Below are positions 17,804 through 27,208 of a DNA stretch of 64,000 nucleotides, piece by piece. The DNA comes from Polyangiales bacterium (GTDB lineage: Bacteria > Myxococcota_A > Polyangia > Polyangiales > Polyangiaceae). The notes beneath the pieces are model-generated. The model was given only the letters and a program-made list of their open reading frames with translations. It searched no databases and was not told the DNA's origin. The stretch covers positions 1 through 64,000 of the forward strand of contig JBBRNJ010000047.1 in assembly GCA_038230375.1 (NCBI GenBank), written 5' to 3'. A program made the position numbers and the translations under genes. Each line of letters opens with the position of its first letter. Position 1 is the stretch's first letter.

Positions 17804-20215
17804 TCAGTCGCGGCCGCGGTAGATGGAGTCGATATGTACGACGCGCTTTGGATGCTTCAGGAAGCGGCGTTCGCGCTCCGTGTGATGGAACGCGCGGCTT
17901 CCACCCACTCCGTGGAGTGACTGGCGTGGTCCCAGCGCGTCGACGAGGCGATCCAGAGAGTCCGGCGGCAGGCCGCAGAGCCCGACATCGAGCAGCTCGA
18001 TCGCCGGATGCTCGCGCAAGAGACGCTCGAGCGGCGTGACGTCGGGATCCAGTTGGTTCGCCGCTTCACCCATGTCGCGCGTGCTCAGGTATGTGCCAAG
18101 GTCGAGCGCACGCAGCTTCGGGCAATGCGTGATGAGCGCAGAGACGAGGCGCGCCAGATCGGGCCGATCGAGCCCGATGGAGCCGACGTCCAGGCGCTGG
18201 AGAGCCGCAAGCGCACCCGTCTCGACGAGATCGACCAGAACCTCGCAGCCGCTATTGCCGAAGCGATTGAGCGCGATCGACAGCGAGACCAGCGACGACG
18301 GACGCTTCCGCGTGAGCATCGGACGCAGCGCGACAAGGCTACGCTCCGTGAGAGCATTCGCCCCCGCATAGAGGTGCCGCAAGTGGAGCTCTCCATCCGC
18401 GGCCTCGAAGGCACGCGCCATGGCTTCGACGCCTTCATCGAAGAGTCCGGTCGTGTGCACGTCAAGGAGACGTAGCGTGCGATTCTTCGCGAGCAGCCGG
18501 CCGAGATGCGCGCCGCCCTCTTCGCCGAGGGGGTTTCGCTTCAGCCAGAGCGCGAGGGCGTGGACGTTGTTCTCGAGAGCATGGGCGATGATCCCCATGT
18601 CCTTGGGGCCGATCGCGTTACCGGCGAGATACCACGTCTCGATCTCGACGCGCGGATCCGACATCACGCGCGCGAATGCATCGGCGCCCGCTGGTCCGTC
18701 CCCATCGCACGCGATGTTGTTGCCGAGCAGAAAGTGGCGCACGCGTCCCCAGCTCGGCGGGCCCTCGCGAGCGAACGGCTCCGTGACGGCATCGCACAGC
18801 GCCCCGATGTGATCGGGGCCTACGACCTGCTTGCAAAGGTCCATGCGCTGGTCGGCGAAATACGCTCCGCGCGTGAACATGAGCGGGCCTTTGCCTTCGT
18901 CGGGCATCGCGCCGAGCGCCTCCGGGTTCTCGAGGAAAGCGAAGAACGGTGCGAGCTCTTCGGCGCGCGCGACCTCCACGGGCATCGCTTGCGGATAGGC
19001 GACCGCCATCGACACCGGTGCGCCGTTCACGAGGCGCTCGGGACGCGGGTCGAAGTAGTCGTGAGCGATCGCGCAGCTCGTCTTCTTCTTTGGCTTCGGC
19101 AATGCCCCGCGCTGCGCGTGCTCCGTGGCGCGCAGCTTCCGAATGAGGTCGCGAAAGCGGTCGTAGCTGGCTTGCTCGCTCGCGCCGTCCTCGAGCGGGA
19201 AGAGGCGGAGCGCTAGCTGGTTGGCGACCGGGTCCGTCAGCAGCTGGCGATTGGTCGACGCCGGAAGATTCTGCGCCATGTTCGAAACGGGCAGTCCTGC
19301 CGCGAGGGCGCGACGATCGTCGTCGAGACGTGCGGCCACGGCGTTCACGTAGTCGGCAGTGTCCACCATCTCCGAGAGATCGTCGTGGATGGGAGACACC
19401 TCCGCGAACGGGTAGAAGCGCTCCGTCTTGATACCGTAGTAGCCGTTGATCTCGGCCATGGCGCGCGCGTCGAGATGGATGTTCGCTTCGACCACCTCGC
19501 GAAGGTGGGCCTCGTTTGAAGTGCTGAAGACCACGTGCGCCCCGACCCCTCGAGCCCAGGCGAGCATCACGATGGCTGGCGACACGGAGAGGCGTTCGGC
19601 CAGACGCACGAGCGGCTGGAAGTCGAAGAACTTGCCGCGCGCGAAGACCGTGTGGCCCTGTACGCGGATCCGTTCGGAGGCGCACAAGGACAGCAGCGGC
19701 TGGATCGGACCTACGAACGGATGGAGCTCCACCTGATCGATGGACGGACGGCGGCACGGCGTTTTTCCGTCGCAGACCTCCAGGAGCGTCTGGAGGTGTC
19801 GCGCCGAGTAATTCGAGACGCCAATCTCCTTGGTCAATCCGCGGTCGACGCACGCCGAGAGCGCGCGCCACATGATCGCCGGCAGAGGACGATGCAGGAG
19901 CGTGACGTCGAGCGGGCGACCCAGCTTCTCCGCCGAGATCTCCACCGCGCGGATCGTTTGATCGAAGAGCAGGTTCTTGAAGATCTTGGTGGTGACGCGA
20001 ATGGGACCGTGCGACGCCTCGAACGCGCGCACCGCCGCGAAGACGGTCGCCTCGTTCTTGTAGAGCTGGGCGGTGTCGATGCTTCGAACGCCGGCCTCGA
20101 GCGCGCGGGTGACGAGCCGTGCAGCGGGTTCGCCGCTCAGACGGTACGTGCCGAAAGCGAGCGTCGGAGGCGTAGGGGAAGGGGAAGGGGAAGGGGGATG
20201 TGGAAGGTGATTCAT
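17804..20215 (-). CDS. Aldo/keto reductase + RNI-like leucine-rich-repeat fusion protein
   Basis: AKR: FGTYRL, IDTAQLYKNE, TTKI, LLHRP, IGVSNY, QVELHP; LRR part: MDLCKQVVGP, HFLLGNN, TWYLAGNAIG, LWLKRNPLG, LYAGANAL, ending IDSIYR. Confidence 0.9.
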   Translation of the reverse strand: MNHLPHPPSPSPSPTPPTLAFGTYRLSGEPAARLVTRALEAGVRSIDTAQLYKNEATVFAAVRAFEASHGPIRVTTKIFKNLLFDQTIRAVEISAEKLGRPLDVTLLHRPLPAIMWRALSACVDRGLTKEIGVSNYSARHLQTLLEVCDGKTPCRRPSIDQVELHPFVGPIQPLLSLCASERIRVQGHTVFARGKFFDFQPLVRLAERLSVSPAIVMLAWARGVGAHVVFSTSNEAHLREVVEANIHLDARAMAEINGYYGIKTERFYPFAEVSPIHDDLSEMVDTADYVNAVAARLDDDRRALAAGLPVSNMAQNLPASTNRQLLTDPVANQLALRLFPLEDGASEQASYDRFRDLIRKLRATEHAQRGALPKPKKKTSCAIAHDYFDPRPERLVNGAPVSMAVAYPQAMPVEVARAEELAPFFAFLENPEALGAMPDEGKGPLMFTRGAYFADQRMDLCKQVVGPDHIGALCDAVTEPFAREGPPSWGRVRHFLLGNNIACDGDGPAGADAFARVMSDPRVEIETWYLAGNAIGPKDMGIIAHALENNVHALALWLKRNPLGEEGGAHLGRLLAKNRTLRLLDVHTTGLFDEGVEAMARAFEAADGELHLRHLYAGANALTERSLVALRPMLTRKRPSSLVSLSIALNRFGNSGCEVLVDLVETGALAALQRLDVGSIGLDRPDLARLVSALITHCPKLRALDLGTYLSTRDMGEAANQLDPDVTPLERLLREHPAIELLDVGLCGLPPDSLDRLVDALGPRQSLHGVGGSRAFHHTERERRFLKHPKRVVHIDSIYRGRD

Positions 20216-20239
20216 GATGATTTTCTCCGCGACGAAATG

Positions 20240-20274
20240 AAAAAGGCCCGCTCCGGAAGCTCCGGGCGGGCCTA
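20240..20274 (-). terminator. Intrinsic terminator within the 5' leader of the AKR-LRR gene
   Basis: Minus strand AGGCCCGCCCGGA-GCT-TCCGGAGCGGGCCT followed by TTTTCATTTC, ~25 nt before the ATG. Confidence 0.85.
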
Positions 20275-20296
20275 AGCGAATCGAGATGTCTCTTCG

Positions 20297-20422
20297 CTAC
20301 GCGTAGGCGACCGCCCTTCCGCAACCAGCTTCACTGGTCCGGCAACGAGCACCAGATCGCGCACCAGCAGCCACGCGTCGGCGGGCGGTAGGGGAACGAT
20401 CGAAGGTGATGGAAGAACGCAT
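20297..20422 (-). CDS. Putative 41-aa leader peptide (attenuator uORF)
   Basis: MRSSITFDRSPTARRRVAAGARSGARCRTSEAGCGRAVAYA*, lying between promoter and terminator. Confidence 0.6.
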   Translation of the reverse strand: MRSSITFDRSPTARRRVAAGARSGARCRTSEAGCGRAVAYA

Positions 20423-20432
20423 TGAAGTCGGA

Positions 20433-20460
20433 AGCGTGAACCCGTCTGGAAAAAAGTCAA
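20433..20460 (-). promoter_or_regulatory. Sigma70-like promoter for the leader/AKR-LRR transcript
   Basis: TTGACT (20460-20455), 16 nt, CACGCT (20438-20433). Confidence 0.55.
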
Positions 20461-20536
20461 GGAGCCTCACTGCCCCCCATCTCACCCATGAAGGTGGGCT
20501 ATGGCGTTGGGTCTGATAGGCTTGCGTAGTCAGCCC

Positions 20537-21496
20537 ATGCGCCGCCTTGGCCTCGTTCCCGTTGTGGCCTTCACCGCGATGCTCCTGCTCGCGACGTCCG
20601 CGCGCGCAGAGGATGAAGAAGACCGAAAAGCTGCAGCCAAGCTCTTCACCGAGGGCCAGAAGGCATACAAGGACGGCGACTATCGCTCCTCCGCAGATGC
20701 GTTCGAGCGAGCCTACAAGCGCGCGCCACGCCTGCAGCCGCTCTGGAACGCAGCGCGCGCATGGGACAAGAGCGGCGAGTCCACGCGGGCCGCGAACCTC
20801 TACGCGAGCTATCTGCGCAAGGCGCCGCCCGATGCGCCTGATCGCAACAGCGCGACGAGCGCGCTCCAGAAGCTCGAGACCAAGGTCACCCGCCTGGAGA
20901 TTCACGCCACTGGCTTCACCGATCTCAAGATCGACGGCGCCCCGTGCGACCTCGACGGTCAGACCCCAGCTGCGCTCGTGCTCTACGTGACCCCTGGCGC
21001 GCACCTGGTCCAGGGCACCCACGACGACAAGGACGAGCAACAGCAAGTGCTCACGAACGCCGGCGGAAGTACCAGCGTGGTGCTGGTGGTGAAAGCCGCC
21101 GCTCCCGCTGTGGTCGTCTCTCCACCTCCGGCCCAGCCACCTCCGCCCCCTGCCGCGAAGGCGCGGTCCGGCGTTTCGCCAACGATAGTCGTCGTGGGTG
21201 GTGGGCTCACCGCGGTCGCGGGTGGCTTCCTCATCTGGTCCAGCATCGACACGCTCGATCAGAAGAAGATCTTCCTTGCCAACCCGAGTCAGCAGAACCT
21301 CGACGTGGGGCGCGCCGATGAGATGCGGACGAACATCCTCGTCGGCGTCACGGGCGCTCTCGGCGTCCTCACGGGCGTTGCCGCGGTCTTCATCGTGGAC
21401 TGGAAAGGGCGGACCGCAGCCGAGAAGACCGCCGAGACGACCTCCATCAGCGCGCGCGTCGGCCCGGGCAATCTCAGCGTCGTGGGGACCTTCTGA
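20537..21496 (+). CDS. TPR + PEGA-like exported protein (myxobacterial kinase-associated type)
   Basis: Signal SARA; AAKLFTEGQKAYKDGDY..FERAYK..LWNAARAW TPR; C-terminal hydrophobic hairpin ending VVGTF. Confidence 0.85.
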   Translation: MRRLGLVPVVAFTAMLLLATSARAEDEEDRKAAAKLFTEGQKAYKDGDYRSSADAFERAYKRAPRLQPLWNAARAWDKSGESTRAANLYASYLRKAPPDAPDRNSATSALQKLETKVTRLEIHATGFTDLKIDGAPCDLDGQTPAALVLYVTPGAHLVQGTHDDKDEQQQVLTNAGGSTSVVLVVKAAAPAVVVSPPPAQPPPPPAAKARSGVSPTIVVVGGGLTAVAGGFLIWSSIDTLDQKKIFLANPSQQNLDVGRADEMRTNILVGVTGALGVLTGVAAVFIVDWKGRTAAEKTAETTSISARVGPGNLSVVGTF

Positions 21497-23013
21497 TGCA
21501 AGGCATCGGCACTCCGCTCCGGTTCGGGAACTATGAGCCGCTGCTTCAGCTCGCCGCGGGCGGCATGGCCACGGTGCACATTGCGCGGCAGCTCGGCGCC
21601 GCGGGCTTCGAGCGCATCGTGGTCGTCAAGCGCGTGCACCGGCACCTGCTGGCCGATCGCGCGTTCTACGACATGTTTCGTGACGAGGCCCACGTGGCAT
21701 CCATGGTGCGGCACCCGAATGTGGTGCCCGTGATCGACGTGGTCGAGATCGGCGACGCCATCCACGACAACCGAGAGCTACTCCTTGTGATGGAGTACGT
21801 GGAGTCGGCCTCACTCTCCACGATCCAGAGAGCCGTGCACGAGGACGGCAAGCGCATTCCGATCCCGATCGTCGCGCGAATCTTGTGCGACGCGCTCGCT
21901 GGAATGCACGCTGCACACACGGCCGTCGACATGCGCGGCGAGCCTCTCGGCGTCGTTCACCGTGACGTGAGCCCGCAGAACATCATCGTGGGCGTTGACG
22001 GCTCCGCGCGGCTCATCGACTTTGGCGTGGCGAAAGCCGCGCACCGCTTGAGCGAGACCCGGAGCGGCAGCGTCAAGGGCAAGTACAGCTACATGGCGCC
22101 CGAGCAGGCGCATGGTCGGCCCGTGGATGCCCGCACCGACATCTTTGCGGCCGGCATAGTGTTCCACGAGTGCCTCACCGCCAAGAGGCTCTTTCGCGGT
22201 GAGAACGAGCTCGACACGGTCCGCATGATCTCCGAGGCCGACGTTCTGCCGCCTTCGAGCGTGGAGCCTGCGATCCCGGCCGCGCTCGACGCGGTCGCGC
22301 TGAAGGCGCTCACACGAGCGCCCGCCGGTCGTTTTCAGACCGCGCTCGAGATGATGGATGCGATCGAGTCTGCAATGCCTCTGGCGTCGCCGCGCGAGGT
22401 CGCCGCCTATCTGGAGCGCGTCTGCGGCGCACGCATGCTCGAGCGTCGCGAGGCCGTCAAATCCAAGCTCGAAGCGCCCAAATCCACCCGGCCGCCGACC
22501 TACGACGTTGACGCACCGACCCAGCGGGACTCGGCCAGACCGGATCCCCTGATGGACGCCACGCGACGGGAGGGGTCAGGGACCGAAGGGCGCATCGCGG
22601 TGGAGACCTCACCTGCTCGCGAGCCGGCACGCGCGCGATTTCCCACCCTCGTTGTCGTGGCGGCTGCACTGATTGCCGTCGCCGCGCTCGTCACCGCCCT
22701 CTCGATCGCCAGGTCAAAGTCCGCGAGCGTCGGAGACCAGCCGCTCCAGGGCACCTCTTCGGTGGTGGCGCTCGGACCATCAGCCTCCGTCTCGCCGATC
22801 GCACCTGCCACCAACACGGGGGCGGGCACCGCCGCGCCAGAGCCTTCTGCGATCAAGGACGTCGTCGATGGCGGCAAACCTCTCGCCGCGGGCACCACGA
22901 CAGCGACAGCCAGCGCCGCGAAGCCGCGTGGGCCTGTGGGGCCTCCGCCAACTACCAAGCCTGCGCAAACCAACAAGCCCGACCTGCAAAGTAACCCTTA
23001 CGGGACCCAGTGA
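21496..23013 (+). CDS. Serine/threonine protein kinase (membrane-anchored)
   Basis: LAAGGMATV, VVVKR, HRDVSPQN, DFG, YMAPEQ, DIFAAG; TM near residue 385-405. Confidence 0.97.
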   Translation: MQGIGTPLRFGNYEPLLQLAAGGMATVHIARQLGAAGFERIVVVKRVHRHLLADRAFYDMFRDEAHVASMVRHPNVVPVIDVVEIGDAIHDNRELLLVMEYVESASLSTIQRAVHEDGKRIPIPIVARILCDALAGMHAAHTAVDMRGEPLGVVHRDVSPQNIIVGVDGSARLIDFGVAKAAHRLSETRSGSVKGKYSYMAPEQAHGRPVDARTDIFAAGIVFHECLTAKRLFRGENELDTVRMISEADVLPPSSVEPAIPAALDAVALKALTRAPAGRFQTALEMMDAIESAMPLASPREVAAYLERVCGARMLERREAVKSKLEAPKSTRPPTYDVDAPTQRDSARPDPLMDATRREGSGTEGRIAVETSPAREPARARFPTLVVVAAALIAVAALVTALSIARSKSASVGDQPLQGTSSVVALGPSASVSPIAPATNTGAGTAAPEPSAIKDVVDGGKPLAAGTTTATASAAKPRGPVGPPPTTKPAQTNKPDLQSNPYGTQ

Positions 23014-24095
23014 GGCGCGCCTTTGTCATTCTCGTGATCAGCACCACGGCGATCGCGTCCGTGGTCGCCTCGTGCACGGTGTTCGACGGGCTCCAGGCGA
23101 GTGCCGATGCAGGCGCCACGGACGACGCCGCGACGGTGGTGGACGCGGGTGGCGACAGCGGGCCCGATCTCTCGCACAACACGCAACCAGGCTATCTGTC
23201 GCTCGCGGACGGCGTCGCCTTCTGCTCCAACGCGTTCTCGTGCCCGCTGCTCGCGCCGTCCGTGGAGTTTTCGATAGACGTACCCGTGGACCCCAACCAC
23301 TTCAGTTCGTGCGTCGACTGGGTATCCGCTCCGCTGCCCAAGAATCGCGTCGGACGCGACACGACCGCGAAGTTCCTGCAGTGCGCCGCGAACGCCAAGA
23401 CCTGCGCCGCTGCGGCAGGCTGCATGTGGTACGAGCTGCTCGATCAGAGCGACGGGCGCTGCAAGACGCTCGACGCTGGAGACGCGGGCACGACCGGCGT
23501 ATGCGCCGAGGACGGCGGTGCGCTCTACTTCTGCAACGGCACCTCGCCATCCATCGAGCACTGCGACAATGGCTACTTCCCGGCCGGCTTCGGGTGCACA
23601 CCAGGCAAGGACGGGCTGTCGTACTGCGCGTCCCCGACATGCACTGGTGACCAATGCATGGGCTCAAACCTCCAGTTCTGCGGCGCGACGAACCTGATCT
23701 TGAACGGGTGGAACTGCAATGCTGGCGGCTTCACGTGTGGCTTCGACGCGGTCGAGGGCTTCAACGACTGCCTGACGAATGGCGTCGCGAAGCGGTGCAA
23801 CACCCTCAGTGTCACCTGCGCGGGCGACGCTGGCGACATCGTCACGCTGTGCGACAGCGTGTACACCTCGGAGTACGACTGCAACGTGTACGGCGGCAAG
23901 TGCGAACGGACAGGAGCCATGCCCCGTTGCACACGGCCGGGCGCCGCATGCACGTAGGCCGATCCGGACGTCGATGTCTGCAACGGGTCGATCATCAACA
24001 TGTGCGTCGGCGGCGCGCACGTCGCGTTCGACTGCGGGTCGATCGGGAAGACCTGCACGCCCGCCGTTGGCGGACGCTCCGCGTCGTGCCGCTGA
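23010..24095 (+). CDS. Cys-rich lipoprotein interrupted by one in-frame TAG at 23955-23957
   Basis: VVASC lipobox; Cys-rich repeats continue in frame after TAG (ADPDVDVCNGSIINMCVGG..DCGSIGKTC..SCR*). Confidence 0.75.
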
Positions 24096-24127
24096 TCTTT
24101 TCGTGAGAGGGCGCTAACATCCCGCGC

Positions 24128-26971
24128 ATGGCGAGCGTGATGGCGATCGTGAGTCGTGCGGTGTTCGAGAAGATGGTGCCGAAGAGCGTCGACGTCGGTG
24201 CTCTTCTGGAGACCGACCGCTATTCGTCCAAGAACAAGATCTTCGAGACGCTGGCAGCGGGGGGCTCGCTCTTCCTCGTGACGGTGCGGCCGCCGGACGA
24301 ACGGCTGTGGCTCGTCGCGGTGGTCGATGCTCCGAAGATGGTGCGCGACGCGTGGGTCGGCAAACCGAACACGACGCCGATCGCCGACGTGACGTCCGCG
24401 GTCTCGAAGCTGGTCCTCGCGTCGGGACAAGGCATCACCGCAAAGAAGGGCGCCCTTGGCATGTCACTGCAGACGCCGCGTGTGCTCGCGCCAAAGGACG
24501 AGGAGCTGCTGCTCGGGATGGCAGGGGGCAAGACCGCGAAGACGAAGAGCGCGGCGCCCGTCGAAGCAAAGTCCGCCAAGGCGACGACCGCCAGACCGGC
24601 AACACCGACGAAGGTCGTGAAGCGCGTGCCTGTCGTCTGGGCAAAGCTCAGACATGCGCGTGGCTCGGGCAAGAACGTCCCCGATCTGCTTGCGGGGATC
24701 AAGAACGTTGGGTGGCGTGGGCGCGATTTCGAAGATCTCAGGGAGGCCTTCGTCAGCAAGGGCGACGCGTTCACGGCGTCGGGCGCGCTGTTCGGCGCGC
24801 TGGTCGATCTCGCGGTCGATGCGCGCACGGAGCGCCCCGAAGAGCTCCTCTCGTTCGCGCTCGAGATCCTCGGGCTCGGTGCGCCAGCGGAGCTGCTCGT
24901 GCACGGCCTCGATCGCAAGAGGTCGAAGCTCAAGGGACGCTACGCGAAGCCGCTCGCGGCGGCGCTCCTCACCGAAGCACACGAGAGCGTGCCTGCGCTC
25001 CAGACCGCGCTCGAAGACACGCGGCCGGCCGTGCGCGGAATGGCAGCGTTGCTCCTGGGCCTGCTCGTCGATGCTGCGGCATCGAGCGCGCCGCTGCTCG
25101 TCGCGCGCATGGCGTCCGAGAAGGAGCCCGGCGAGCGCGCGTGCGTGATCTTCGGCGCGATGCACCTGGCGCGCGCCGCGAGCGAAGCTGCCCCCGTCAC
25201 GCGACCGTCCCTCGAGAAGCTCCGCGACGACGCGAGGTCGGACCCGATGGCGCGTGGCGCCGCGCTCATCGCGCTCGCGACGATCGAAGGGAAATGGCCG
25301 GACGTCGCGAAGGCTCGCGACACGCTCGTAGCCTTCTTCGCAGCGTCCATCCCGCTTGGCCTCGCGCCACATGCCTCCGCGGAGCGCGATCCCGGGACGC
25401 TCGCGCTCCGTCTGCTCGAAGACGGGCCGGCAAGCGCCGATGCGCGTCTCGAAGGCTCGCTCGCTGCTCTCGAAGCGATGCACGTGGCGCCGCCGCTCCC
25501 CGAGGAGGCGTTCATCCGTTCGGCGTGGACGGTCCCGGTCCTCGAACGCTGGTTTCCGCCGCGCAAAGGCGGCGACTCTGCGCACATCAAGGATCCGCTC
25601 GACGTCGCGAAGCTCGGCAAGGACGCGCGCCGGATCCTCGTCGCGCTCTCCCAGGTCCGTCCGTTCGGCGGGAACTACGGTCACGCCGGGCTTCCGCCCG
25701 ATCTGCGCTCGCGGCGCAGGCTCCTCGGGCTCGAGCCGCCTTCGCTCATGGACGACATCGTCAAGAAGAGCAAGGCCACCGATCGCCCCATGCCTCGCTG
25801 GCAGGTCGTGACCGAGGCGATGCGCCAGTACGACAGGCTCCGGGACGGGAAGAACGCGACGCGACCCGTGCTTCACGAGTGGGTGAAGGCGAACACGTTC
25901 GACCTCGCGCCCAAGCAGTGGCTCGAGGTCTGGGCCGAGGTGCACGCCGAGGTGCATGGAATCTACACGTACATGAACCCGGACCCGCTCCTCACCGCCT
26001 TCGCCGCCGTCAGCGCCGCCGACCTGCGCGAGTGGGCGACACGCTACCTCGACGAGATCGTCGGCCACTCCACGCCGGAGCGTCCGCGGCCTCTGGGGCC
26101 GGACCGAGCCATGCGCTGCGACCTCGGGGTCGATGCGGTCCTTGGTCTCATCCGCGCCAAGGCGCCGATCCCCGCCCGCCATGATCATGCGGTCACGCTC
26201 TTCGGGACGCCGGCCGAGATCCGCGAGATCTTCGAGGCCATCCCGCGCGAGCGGCGCCTGGGCGTGGTGGCGAGCATCCACGAGATGGTCCAGAACGGAT
26301 ACTCGAACAAGGGAAACTTCGACAAGCGAAAGGTCGCTGGCGTTCTGGATCTCGTGCCGGAAGCAGCGTCGTTCGTGCTGGCGTACGAAGACCTCGAGGA
26401 CTTCGAGCGCGAGACGGAGGAGGACGGCGTCCCGGGCTTGTTCGATATCGTCACCGCGCTCGCCAAGAAGGAGCCCGCAGTGAAGGCGGCGCTCGCCGAA
26501 GCGATGCGCAGGTGGACGGCGCCAAAGCCGAAGGCTCCGAAGAAGCGCGCGCCGAAGACCGCGAAGAAGAAGGTCGGCGTGTATCGCTTCATGGGAGGCA
26601 AGCACCACGACCTGGCCGCGGCCGAGAAGCTCACGGGCGTCGCGCGCGCGCAGTTCCTCTGGGCGGCGGAGCGCTATGGCGGCGGGCCGTACAAGAAGCC
26701 GCGCGAGTTCTTCGTCTGGATGGGCAAAGAGATCGACGAAGCGCCGGAAGAGACGTCGGGCGGCACGCACTGGACGATCGAGCGCACGTCGGAGAAGGGC
26801 AAGCCGGCCTACGAGATGTGGACCTTCATGGTCGACAACGGCACGGTCTTCGAGGCGGGGAGCGCGGACGACATTGGCGTGCACATGACCCAGGGCGGCT
26901 TCGAGAGCATGCTCGGCACACCAGAGTCGAACGAGCTCGCGGACGATCTACAGGAGGTCGTTCCGTTCTGA
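24128..26971 (+). CDS. Large multidomain protein with HEAT-like repeats
   Basis: 947 aa with strong GC3 bias; WAKLRHARGSGKNVPDLL, LEDTRPAVRGMAALLLG HEAT-like units; Lys/Pro linkers separate N- and C-terminal domains. Confidence 0.85.
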   Translation: MASVMAIVSRAVFEKMVPKSVDVGALLETDRYSSKNKIFETLAAGGSLFLVTVRPPDERLWLVAVVDAPKMVRDAWVGKPNTTPIADVTSAVSKLVLASGQGITAKKGALGMSLQTPRVLAPKDEELLLGMAGGKTAKTKSAAPVEAKSAKATTARPATPTKVVKRVPVVWAKLRHARGSGKNVPDLLAGIKNVGWRGRDFEDLREAFVSKGDAFTASGALFGALVDLAVDARTERPEELLSFALEILGLGAPAELLVHGLDRKRSKLKGRYAKPLAAALLTEAHESVPALQTALEDTRPAVRGMAALLLGLLVDAAASSAPLLVARMASEKEPGERACVIFGAMHLARAASEAAPVTRPSLEKLRDDARSDPMARGAALIALATIEGKWPDVAKARDTLVAFFAASIPLGLAPHASAERDPGTLALRLLEDGPASADARLEGSLAALEAMHVAPPLPEEAFIRSAWTVPVLERWFPPRKGGDSAHIKDPLDVAKLGKDARRILVALSQVRPFGGNYGHAGLPPDLRSRRRLLGLEPPSLMDDIVKKSKATDRPMPRWQVVTEAMRQYDRLRDGKNATRPVLHEWVKANTFDLAPKQWLEVWAEVHAEVHGIYTYMNPDPLLTAFAAVSAADLREWATRYLDEIVGHSTPERPRPLGPDRAMRCDLGVDAVLGLIRAKAPIPARHDHAVTLFGTPAEIREIFEAIPRERRLGVVASIHEMVQNGYSNKGNFDKRKVAGVLDLVPEAASFVLAYEDLEDFERETEEDGVPGLFDIVTALAKKEPAVKAALAEAMRRWTAPKPKAPKKRAPKTAKKKVGVYRFMGGKHHDLAAAEKLTGVARAQFLWAAERYGGGPYKKPREFFVWMGKEIDEAPEETSGGTHWTIERTSEKGKPAYEMWTFMVDNGTVFEAGSADDIGVHMTQGGFESMLGTPESNELADDLQEVVPF

Positions 26972-26978
26972 CACGCGT

Positions 26979-27152
26979 TCAGCTTGATGAGTCCCTCTGA
27001 CGTGTCGCTTTGACCGCCGCCAGGATCCCGAATCCGAGAAGGATGAGCGCACCCACGACGATCCAGTGGACAGGCGCGTTGAGAATGGCGGCTGCGTACA
27101 CGAGACCGCCGATCACGAGGAGGAGCCCACCGACGTAGATTCCGAACGACAT
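26979..27152 (-). CDS. Small two-TM membrane protein (57 aa, below ORF-track cutoff)
   Basis: MSFGIYVGGLLLVIGGLVYAAAILNAPVHWIVVGALILLGFGILAAVKATRQRDSSS*; SD GAGG. Confidence 0.75.
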   Translation of the reverse strand: MSFGIYVGGLLLVIGGLVYAAAILNAPVHWIVVGALILLGFGILAAVKATRQRDSSS

Positions 27153-27208
27153 GGCCTCACGGCATGCAGGAAGGGGGCCACGAGGTCATCCGCGGCCGGC
27201 CACGCACG

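Noticed and set aside
24464..26884. Long antisense or alternate-frame ORFs (e.g. 24464..26884, 18618..20324, 46027..47694, 59804..62077)
   Set aside because: Arg/Ala-rich shadow ORFs expected in high-GC DNA, overlapping well-supported genes
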